DNA of 11,746 nt, taken from the NCBI GenBank assembly GCA_016840035.1, contig JAEOTC010000215.1:1-11746 (forward strand), written 5' to 3'. This DNA is from Candidatus Hodarchaeota archaeon. GTDB lineage: Archaea > Asgardarchaeota > Heimdallarchaeia > Hodarchaeales > Hodarchaeaceae. The notes under the pieces are model-generated. The model saw nothing but the letters and a program-made list of their open reading frames with translations. It had not been told where the DNA came from and searched no databases. Made by a program: the position numbers and the translations under genes. The first letter of the stretch is position 1. Each line of letters begins with the position of its first letter. This document shows, one piece after another, positions 1-7,072 of the stretch.

Positions 1-274
1 AAGGTTGAACCCAGTGCTCAAAGGTATTGATAAGATAACTCATGTTAGGAAAAAATCTATCAGGCCCAAAAAGCGATGCATCGATTGCAAGTAAAGCAGA
101 AAAGTTACCATTCGGTTCATATTCAGAGTAATGACTGATTTTCACCTCAAGATCCACCAGAGTATTATAAATACTACCACTTGCTTCAAATGGTATCAAA
201 ATGATGATTAGAAAAAGGAATAGAGGAAAAAAATATTGGTATGAATTTTTGTCCGAAATTAACCAGTTTTTCAC
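1..274 (-). CDS. Secreted or membrane hypothetical protein, N-terminal 91 aa (runs off the left edge)
   Basis: Not in the ORF track. Manual translation from GTG at 274-272 is open to the edge: MKNWLISDKNSYQYFFPLFLFLIIILIPFEASGSIYNTLVDLEVKISHYSEYEPNGNFSALLAIDASLFGPDRFFPNMSYLINTFEHWVQP. It has a hydrophobic signal-peptide-like core (FFPLFLFLIIILIP) and lies 48 nt downstream of the co-oriented beta-helix gene. Confidence 0.75.
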   Translation of the reverse strand, partial: MKNWLISDKNSYQYFFPLFLFLIIILIPFEASGSIYNTLVDLEVKISHYSEYEPNGNFSALLAIDASLFGPDRFFPNMSYLINTFEHWVQP

Positions 275-322
275 TTTTTATCACAATATAGTTTAATTTA
301 GAGAGAACTTCACTTCGTCTTC

Positions 323-3214
323 CTACTTACGTTGTTTCAAAGTTGTTCTTATTGCCACTACTAAGATGCTAACTACTAGAAAGAAGAGTACCACTCGTAT
401 TTCGAGAGGAATTGGAGGCGGATGATTATCTATTGTGAATGTTCCGTCAGAGGTATCCTCAATATGTGACCCTTGGAAATTTTCTGCTATAACTCTAATC
501 ATATAGTTGGAACCATCATCTACATCTGTAGTATTCCAATCAAACTGAAATTCGATGTCATATTCGTCTGTTGGTATTTCTGGCGTTTCTACAAAAAGAA
601 TCCAAGTTATTCCTCCATCAGAGGAATAAAAGAATGAATATGAGAATGAATCTTCTCTAGAATCGATGGCTGGCTTCCAACGAATAGGAACCGTTCTATT
701 GAGGGTTTCTCCACCATTAGGGAAGGCTATCATTAAACCTATTATTTCAATGGGAGGTTGGTTTGAAAATACTAGTGGATAGGAATCAGTAGCATTTATA
801 TCGCCATCAATGGAATAAGGAAGATCTACAATTCCATTGGTATTAGCATCTGGAGAAGTCCACTCTTCCCAATAGTTCAAAGAAAATGTATTGTTAGAAC
901 CAGCATCAAAAGCTTGAGAGTGTCCTATAGGATTATTTTTGATAAAATCATTCCATTTGACATCATTATACTCTGAAAAAACTTCAATCGCAATTCCATA
1001 GTGTATGTTATTAATAAAGAAATTATTGGTTATGATATTATTATCACTAATGGTTAGATGAATCCCAGAAAAGTAATTATAATTTGAGGTATTATTAATA
1101 ACAGTATTTCTAAAGCTATCATGAATCCAAAAACCATCTTCATTATTATTTAAAGCTGTATTATTGTAGAGCTCATTAAAATCTGAGTTATCTACTAATT
1201 TAATTCCACAAAATGTGTTATTGCTACCTACATTCCCTGAAAGGATATTATCATTTGATTCATATAACCAAAATCCATGTTCAGAGTTGTTATAGGCCAC
1301 ATTGCTAGTAATAAAGTTATTTCTCGAATTTTCTAGCCTTATCCCGACATAAGTATTTTCAAAAACTTTATTGTGAAAAATAGAGTTATCATGACACTGG
1401 CTAAGAAAAATACCATTCACGCAATTACGAACTGTATTATTGGTAACAGTAGTGTTACTGGAGGCACCAAGATAGACTCCAGCATCTCGAACATTTTGAT
1501 AGATGATGGTCTTTTCCATTGGTCTTTTCCATATAATGGTATTTTCCATTATGACACAATTCGAAGAGTAATAAAGAAAAATCCCCCTGTGTAAACTGCC
1601 TGAAACACAACTATTATAGATGCTACAATTTTCAGAGGCATCAACAACAATTCCCACGTTTAAACTGCCTGAAACACAACTATTATAGATGCTACAATTT
1701 TCAGACATCTCAAGATCAATTCCAGTGCCATTAATATTGGCCAATGTGTTGCCAGATAAGCTACTATTTCTAGAGAACCAGAGCTTAATACCTGACTGGG
1801 TGTTGGTAATGATATTATCTGAAATGTTGCAATCAGCAGACCATTCGAGTAGAAGTCCCCGTTCCTCATTATTGAAAAGATGATTGTTAATTATTGTACA
1901 ATTTTGAGAGAATCTGAGAGAAATCCCAGTCTTACTATTGTTAAAGACTGTATTATTTTTGATCAACGACTCTAGGCTGTAAATTATCTGTATTCCCGTT
2001 GTCACATTTGATAAACTCTGGTTAGAAATTGTTATACCAGTACAATTAACAACAAGAATTTGGCCTGCTTCGCTTGAAATGGTCCCACCCGTAATATTTT
2101 GCCAGTAAATCAATTCTTTTCCGTTAACCGTGTTATTAGCTACTTCTGATTGAAGGAGATTTTTTTGGAGTGTATTAAATTCCCACGATTCAATATGGAC
2201 ACCGTTGTTTAGCATAATATTATTTAATATTCTGTTATTCCCCGATTCTGAAAGGTAAATTCCCGATTCTTCATGGTTGGAGATATGATTACCAGATATT
2301 GTACTATTTCCAGAGTCCCCAAAGTAGATTCCTTGGAACCTGTTATCGGAAATAATATTATTGGATAAGGTACAATTCTCAGATCCTTCAAGGTGAATTC
2401 CACTGTACCATGGAACCATGGAATTATTAAAAACAACATTGCTAGAGAGGTTACTGTGTGCTGATTCATATAGGAGGATACCATGCCTCTCATTATTAGA
2501 AATGGTATTATTAGAAATTAGACTGTAGTTTGAGTTCAAAATCATGACTCCACTTCCCCAATCCCAGTCCTCCCCAGACCAACGACCCTGATTTTTAGAG
2601 ACATGATTGTTTGAAATTCTACTACATCCAGAAGTTTCAAGAAGTATGCCGCCATGGTTGTTGACGATAGTATTGTTGGAGATTACTCCGTTTGTAACGT
2701 CGTGAAAATTAATTCCATAGAATCCTTCAGACAATATACAGTTAGATATTTGAAAAAAAGCATCCGTGTTAATAATCCCTATTAATATCCTGTCTGATGG
2801 TCCAGTTATATTCAATCCATTAATTTTGTACGGATTTGATTCAGTCCCATTTCCAGGCCAATTTTCTAATGCTGCTGTTGTACTGAAATCCTCGTTACCC
2901 CAGATTGTAATAGGATCGTGTTCCACATACAGTGTTGATACTTTCTTCAAGGTATTTGATATATCATAACTTACTTTTGTGACCTTTTGTGAATACAGCG
3001 GTTGTGGATTAGATTCTTGAGATAAGTTTAAACTATAATTTTTTGGTGGGTTGAGTGATTGGTGTGATATCTGGATGGGGGGGACTTTTCTTGCCCCTTT
3101 GACAACCTTCTCGTACGGTACTTTGGTTGCTATGCCAGTAGAAGTAGTTGTTGATTTTGGAAGAGTTAAGAATAGAAATATAAAAATAACCATTGCTTTC
3201 TGATTAAATTTCAA
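323..3214 (-). CDS. Membrane-anchored cell-surface protein with right-handed parallel beta-helix (NosD/PbH1/CASH) repeats and a C-terminal Ig/FN3-like domain
   Basis: N-terminal signal-like segment; many ~22-24 aa coils of the form GIxLxxSxNxxIxNNxxxxN; NosD-type cap NYWEEW..PD.N.NGIVD.PY.I.G...D.YPL; PNGGETL...YSSDGG.TW...WNTT...DG.NY.IRV.A beta-sandwich; C-terminal TM helix followed by a basic tail (KQRK); many N-x-S/T sequons. The TTG start is uncertain; ATG of MVIF is an alternative. Confidence 0.9.
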   Translation of the reverse strand: MKFNQKAMVIFIFLFLTLPKSTTTSTGIATKVPYEKVVKGARKVPPIQISHQSLNPPKNYSLNLSQESNPQPLYSQKVTKVSYDISNTLKKVSTLYVEHDPITIWGNEDFSTTAALENWPGNGTESNPYKINGLNITGPSDRILIGIINTDAFFQISNCILSEGFYGINFHDVTNGVISNNTIVNNHGGILLETSGCSRISNNHVSKNQGRWSGEDWDWGSGVMILNSNYSLISNNTISNNERHGILLYESAHSNLSSNVVFNNSMVPWYSGIHLEGSENCTLSNNIISDNRFQGIYFGDSGNSTISGNHISNHEESGIYLSESGNNRILNNIMLNNGVHIESWEFNTLQKNLLQSEVANNTVNGKELIYWQNITGGTISSEAGQILVVNCTGITISNQSLSNVTTGIQIIYSLESLIKNNTVFNNSKTGISLRFSQNCTIINNHLFNNEERGLLLEWSADCNISDNIITNTQSGIKLWFSRNSSLSGNTLANINGTGIDLEMSENCSIYNSCVSGSLNVGIVVDASENCSIYNSCVSGSLHRGIFLYYSSNCVIMENTIIWKRPMEKTIIYQNVRDAGVYLGASSNTTVTNNTVRNCVNGIFLSQCHDNSIFHNKVFENTYVGIRLENSRNNFITSNVAYNNSEHGFWLYESNDNILSGNVGSNNTFCGIKLVDNSDFNELYNNTALNNNEDGFWIHDSFRNTVINNTSNYNYFSGIHLTISDNNIITNNFFINNIHYGIAIEVFSEYNDVKWNDFIKNNPIGHSQAFDAGSNNTFSLNYWEEWTSPDANTNGIVDLPYSIDGDINATDSYPLVFSNQPPIEIIGLMIAFPNGGETLNRTVPIRWKPAIDSREDSFSYSFFYSSDGGITWILFVETPEIPTDEYDIEFQFDWNTTDVDDGSNYMIRVIAENFQGSHIEDTSDGTFTIDNHPPPIPLEIRVVLFFLVVSILVVAIRTTLKQRK
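1592..1729. repeat. Intragenic tandem duplication of one 69-bp (23-aa) beta-helix coil with a 45-bp perfect core
   Basis: TAAACTGCCTGAAACACAACTATTATAGATGCTACAATTTTCAGA occurs exactly at 1592-1636 and 1661-1705 (SENCSIYNSCVSGSL twice). The adjoining 24-bp parts, 1637-1660 and 1706-1729, match at 13 of 24 positions. Confidence 0.95.
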
Positions 3215-3256
3215 ATTTCACGCCTGCATTCAAGGTAAACATCATTCAAGGAAAAG

Positions 3257-3272
3257 GATTCTTTTAAGAATC
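3257..3272. promoter_or_regulatory. Inverted repeat GATTCTT-TT-AAGAATC upstream of the beta-helix gene (candidate operator or terminator hairpin)
   Basis: Perfect 7-2-7 palindrome. It lies immediately after the stop of the 198-aa gene, about 45-60 nt upstream of the beta-helix start, and contains a TATA-like TTAAAA on the minus strand. Confidence 0.3.
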
Positions 3273-3869
3273 TTATCCTTTCTTAGTATAACGGGGAGAA
3301 GAAGGGAAAATCAGCAATAATTCATCACGAGCTTGAGTTTTTTGTACCTTTGGATGAAACTTATATGATTCTAGTATTTTCCTAAGCTGAGTAAAATCAC
3401 TTGTCTCAATAAGAATACGAAAAATTGGCTTAATATCATTAACTTTGATTTCAATACGACCAAAGCTATCAAGCTTTCCTCCAAACTTTTTTCTTATCCA
3501 AAGATCAAGGCGAAGATAATGAATATCACTATATCTACCTTTATCCAACCTATAAAGTGATTTGAATCTGGAATGATATAATGCAAGGATGGATCCTGTT
3601 CCAAGGACAACAGAATGTTTGTTTATTTGGATCAATCGGTAATGTTTAGGAGTAAGCCAAGGCACGAGTAGAATCCATGAAAGAGGAATCACAACCAAGG
3701 CTACCCATTGAATAATGAAGAATGTAAAGAAACCAATTAGCACAGAAAAAAGAGTGAGATCTATTAAAAATCCAGTCGTGTTGTTCAGACGACAACGATA
3801 TATAGCGTTTTTGTCAGAGGAGGGATAAAATTCTCCTGCCGTTATCGCTTGATCTTTTCCAATTGCCAA
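3273..3869 (-). CDS. Hypothetical membrane protein (2-TM hairpin plus a basic beta-rich soluble domain, possibly PH-like)
   Basis: 198-aa ORF with a TTG start. Hydrophobic stretch about aa 33-72, then alternating beta-strand patterns (LIQIN, SVVLG, IHYLRL, GRIEIKV, FRILIE) ending in a helix (DFTQLRKILES). Confidence 0.75.
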   Translation of the reverse strand: MAIGKDQAITAGEFYPSSDKNAIYRCRLNNTTGFLIDLTLFSVLIGFFTFFIIQWVALVVIPLSWILLVPWLTPKHYRLIQINKHSVVLGTGSILALYHSRFKSLYRLDKGRYSDIHYLRLDLWIRKKFGGKLDSFGRIEIKVNDIKPIFRILIETSDFTQLRKILESYKFHPKVQKTQARDELLLIFPSSPRYTKKG

Positions 3870-3988
3870 AACAATAACCTTTACGAGCAGTTCTAAAGAT
3901 GGTTTTCGTGTTAGTCGTTATCTATTGAAGATTTTAAATTTGATCTAAACAATTTAACGGATCCAAGGTTATCTGCGAGTTTTACAAT

Positions 3989-3993
3989 GGTGA
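3989..3993 (+). promoter_or_regulatory. Archaeal-type Shine-Dalgarno GGTGA
   Basis: GGTGA followed by a 7-nt spacer before ATG 4001. A TATA-like TTTTAAAT lies at 3932-3939 in the divergent intergenic region. Confidence 0.5.
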
Positions 3994-4000
3994 CATAACG

Positions 4001-4606
4001 ATGAGAATGATCGTTGTTCGACACGGCGAAAGTGAAGCAAATGCAAAAAGAGTGCTTCAGGGACATATGGATTCGCCTCTTTCAAATTTTGGACGATTAC
4101 AAGCCCGAGAGCTTGCCCAAAGAATGATAAGTACTGGAAATGCTACATTTGACCTCATGTATTCATCAGATCTTTCTAGAGCCGCTGAAACGGCAAAAAT
4201 TATTTTAGAGATACTGAAAATTGACAAAATCACATATCTTCCTTTATTGAGAGAATTAAATTTAGGGAATTACGAGGGTCTGTCTTTGGATGAGGTGAAT
4301 AGAAGAGGACTTTTAGTTAGTCTTCAGAAGGACTATTCAAAACAAGCGCCAGGGGGAGAAAGTATTAACGCTATGATTCACCGAATTCGCGATTTTCTAG
4401 AAATAATTAACGTTCTCACCCCTCAACCACTGTCTTTGTTGGTTATTACTCACGGTGGAGCGCTTTATCATTTGTTAAGAATTCTTACAGGATTTGTTCC
4501 TGATGATGGTGAATGGTATGAAAATTGCCAGATGAACGAGGTAATAAGAAATACTGACTCTTCATGGAAGCTAATAACTTTTAATGAAAAGAAAATGCGA
4601 CAATAA
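4001..4606 (+). CDS. Histidine phosphatase / phosphoglycerate mutase family protein (His_Phos_1; GpmB/CobC/PspA-like)
   Basis: N-terminal VRHGES catalytic motif, then QG..DSPLS..G..QA, YSSDLSRA.ETA, LRE.NLG.YEG, PGGES and VITHGG. Confidence 0.95.
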   Translation: MRMIVVRHGESEANAKRVLQGHMDSPLSNFGRLQARELAQRMISTGNATFDLMYSSDLSRAAETAKIILEILKIDKITYLPLLRELNLGNYEGLSLDEVNRRGLLVSLQKDYSKQAPGGESINAMIHRIRDFLEIINVLTPQPLSLLVITHGGALYHLLRILTGFVPDDGEWYENCQMNEVIRNTDSSWKLITFNEKKMRQ

Positions 4607-4679
4607 TGGATCTTCTGATCTGGAATTTTCTCTAATTCTGAAGATTTACATGACGAAAAATTGGATGTTAAGAGATGGA

Positions 4680-5093
4680 TCAACCATTTGTTCTCGATTC
4701 TTCAGTAAATTCGTCTCTTGCCCAGATGAGATAAATGAATGAAATTAGAGTTACAATGAGAATCAATAACGAGAGATATCTACCTAAAAAGGTGAATGAA
4801 GAATTAAATATCACCACAGAAAGTAATAGACCCAATAAGTTTAAGCCAATTATTGAACTAATCCATGAGGGGTAGCTTTTTCTCCGCAAGCTATAACCCA
4901 GATGAAAAAATGGGATTCCAAGACTAGTTGAAAACAAACCAAGCAAAAAATCACCCCAAGATGAAGAATTCCAAGTAGATATGATTACATATAATGTCCC
5001 TATTCCCCATAGAACCATCAAAAACGCAGCGCCAGGCATAATAAAACAAACAGCAATAATTTCAATTCCGATTGTTTTATCAGTATTATTCAT
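4680..5093 (-). CDS. Small integral membrane protein with about 4 TM helices, unknown function
   Basis: 137 aa with four hydrophobic segments; purine-rich GAGGGAAGTGA directly before the ATG. Confidence 0.8.
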   Translation of the reverse strand: MNNTDKTIGIEIIAVCFIMPGAAFLMVLWGIGTLYVIISTWNSSSWGDFLLGLFSTSLGIPFFHLGYSLRRKSYPSWISSIIGLNLLGLLLSVVIFNSSFTFLGRYLSLLILIVTLISFIYLIWARDEFTEESRTNG

Positions 5094-5112
5094 TCACTTC
5101 CCTCTATTCGTC

Positions 5113-5129
5113 TTTATAACCATTTTTTT
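5113..5129 (-). promoter_or_regulatory. Putative archaeal BRE/TATA promoter of the 4-TM gene
   Basis: Minus strand reads GAAAAAAATGG-TTATAAA, ending about 20 nt before the ATG. This spacing fits a leaderless or short-leader transcript. Confidence 0.4.
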
Positions 5130-5171
5130 CATTTCTTAAGTTTTTCAAATAATTAAATCATTCTCTTTGCG

Positions 5172-5179
5172 AAAAAAAA
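5172..5179 (-). terminator. Oligo-T terminator after the wHTH gene
   Basis: T8 run on the minus strand about 35 nt past the stop codon at 5215, typical of archaeal intrinsic termination. Confidence 0.4.
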
Positions 5180-5214
5180 GATTTGATATTGGATTTGCTA
5201 ATCGAAAGAACAAT

Positions 5215-5820
5215 TTAACGCTTTAAAAGAAGTTTACGTAGCTCTTCTGCTTGTGTACTGTACTCTGGATCTAGTTGGGTAAGAAAAACGGCAAGGAGGC
5301 GTCTCATTACTTCGAATTGATGGTTGTATGTTGTAGGGAATTCGTTTCGCTCTCCCATTAGTTCTCCAAGAAATTTGCTCAATTGAATAGATAAATTACT
5401 TATTAGCTCCTTTGCTTTTTCCTCCTCCTCTTTGGTTGTCGGAGTCATACCTAAATGCTTGAAATCCTCTAATAATAACGGAATTCTTGCGTCAAGTAAA
5501 CTGGTTTCGTCTTGGGAGGCGATTAAGGCTTCTGATTCTTCGCTGAGTAAAAAAAAGGCGTCTGTCAGTTCTGCTGAATACTCCTTTACAAAATACTTTT
5601 GCTTCCCCTTTTGAACATCGTGTTCTTGAACAAACTCCGCTTCAATTAGCTTTTTTAGATGTCGGTAGATAGTTGAAACATTTTTTCCTACTTTTTCAGC
5701 AATGGTGTCAGCTGTCAAGCGGCCTCCATCTTTGAGAAGGTTCCAAATCTCCCATCGTGATTGTTCAACAAGTAAAGCGACTTTATTTGGATCTCGGATA
5801 ATTCTCAAGTTCTCACGCAC
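5215..5820 (-). CDS. Winged helix-turn-helix (ArsR/HTH_20-like) transcriptional regulator with a helical C-terminal domain
   Basis: DP.KV.LL...SR.EI..LL....LT...IAE.VGK..STIYRHL.KL.EA.FV plus the wing (V.KGK..Y..K.Y); GTG start. Confidence 0.9.
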   Translation of the reverse strand: MRENLRIIRDPNKVALLVEQSRWEIWNLLKDGGRLTADTIAEKVGKNVSTIYRHLKKLIEAEFVQEHDVQKGKQKYFVKEYSAELTDAFFLLSEESEALIASQDETSLLDARIPLLLEDFKHLGMTPTTKEEEEKAKELISNLSIQLSKFLGELMGERNEFPTTYNHQFEVMRRLLAVFLTQLDPEYSTQAEELRKLLLKR

Positions 5821-5903
5821 TTCTGTTTCGTCACAAAAGGAGATAATGAATTACATATAATTGGTAAAGCATTTATTAGACTAATATAGGATAATTAACT
5901 CAT

Positions 5904-6797
5904 TTATTGGTTATAAACCTTGATATTAAATTCTTTTGCTACAATCATTTCCTGATCTACAAATTTGAATCCCCACCCTTTATACATAGCATTGTGAAAA
6001 TTACTCTCAGAATAGGTTGACAACAAAATTCTTTGAATACTACGTTGCTTTTTGAACCATTGAAAAGCTTTAACAGTGAGACTAGTCCCAATGTGTCTCC
6101 TACGAAATTTTGGATGAGTCGCAATACGAATATAATGTCCGTCAGTTCTACTCGCTGAAACTGCATTAATATTATATCCTACAAGTTTTCCCTCTAAGAA
6201 GGCTACAAATAAAGAGCTTGTTTCAGATCGTATTTCACTCATAAAATCTACTGAGTTCTTTTGCCAGTACTCTGGAAAGCAAATCTTTTCTATTTTAATG
6301 AGGTCTTGAAGATTGCTTTTAGTAGCCATTTTAATTTTAAGATTTGGATTCATTTCGTAAGGAAAAGAAAGATCGTTCTTCACATAATTATTGATTTTAG
6401 TAATGATCTCAAAACCCTGTTTTAAAAAGAAATTTGAAGAATTAAAGAACTCCTCTGGAATTCTTGCTGATAGATATCGAATATTTGGTTGTTTGGTATG
6501 GAACTCCTTTTCTAACGCAATTAGAAGCCCAGTTCCAATTTGACGCTTACGAAAATTTGGTAGAACATAAAGAGAAAAAATATTTCCCTCCATTTGCCTC
6601 TTTCGATCCCCAATGATATAACCTACTATACTGGAACTGTTCTGAACGGCTATTCTTACTAAATGTGACCGTAATCTAACATATCTTCTGAAGTTGTCAA
6701 GATCAATAGGATTATCGAAATTACCAACAAATTGTGTGTGGATTTCTTCTAGAGGTGAATAGAATTCCTTACTAAGAGAACGAATTATTGTATCCAT
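5904..6797 (-). CDS. Tandem two-domain GNAT N-acetyltransferase (RimI/Ard1-like domains)
   Basis: Domain 1: IVGYI...I.SLYV.PNFRKRQIGT.LL...FF.KQGF. Domain 2: DL..IE..CF...W, LVGY, IRIATHPKFRRRHIGT.L...MY..WGF. SD-like GGATGA upstream. Confidence 0.92.
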   Translation of the reverse strand: MDTIIRSLSKEFYSPLEEIHTQFVGNFDNPIDLDNFRRYVRLRSHLVRIAVQNSSSIVGYIIGDRKRQMEGNIFSLYVLPNFRKRQIGTGLLIALEKEFHTKQPNIRYLSARIPEEFFNSSNFFLKQGFEIITKINNYVKNDLSFPYEMNPNLKIKMATKSNLQDLIKIEKICFPEYWQKNSVDFMSEIRSETSSLFVAFLEGKLVGYNINAVSASRTDGHYIRIATHPKFRRRHIGTSLTVKAFQWFKKQRSIQRILLSTYSESNFHNAMYKGWGFKFVDQEMIVAKEFNIKVYNQ

Positions 6798-7072
6798 CTA
6801 AATATTCATCCAACAACCAATTCCTAAAATAATTAATCTGATGTCTTATTTGCTTAGAAGGTTCAACTAAGTTGTCACTGTCTACCTAGAGAAGTTTTTA
6901 AGTCATTTCACAATTAATTATCATTTTCATATCATTTCAAAAAATGGTCTCATTAAATCAAAACACAAATAATTAGTCTATTTTGATAACGACAGATAGG
7001 AAATTATGTAGTTAACACCTAGATTTCTAAAAAGACCTTTTTCCAATCTCCCAAAAGCCGAAGTGACAGTAT

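Noticed and set aside
1592-1729. Repeat-spacer-repeat as a mini-CRISPR or a DGR template/variable repeat pair
   Set aside because: It has only two copies, lies in frame within a coding repeat, and its spacer is homologous to the next flank. Mismatches are not adenine-specific, and no cas or reverse transcriptase gene is present.
1373-2969. Short ORFs 1373-1594, 1660-1869, 1689-1883, 2224-2493 and 2766-2969
   Set aside because: Shadow frames inside the beta-helix gene with no recognisable motifs.
3205-3221. GTGAAATTTGAAATTT micro-duplication at the beta-helix start, with an out-of-frame GTG
   Set aside because: It could be a 7-bp slip, but the in-frame TTG keeps the gene intact and such a short AT-rich repeat can arise by chance.
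4468-6166. Short ORFs 4468-4683, 5432-5614 and 5957-6166
   Set aside because: They overlap well-supported genes in antisense or alternative frames and have no motifs.
6798-7072. Intergenic region as an ncRNA or a decayed nuclease domain
   Set aside because: It is AT-rich, with no stable extended structure or tRNA-like fold, and no nuclease-like coding remnant was recognised. It is adequately explained as divergent promoters.
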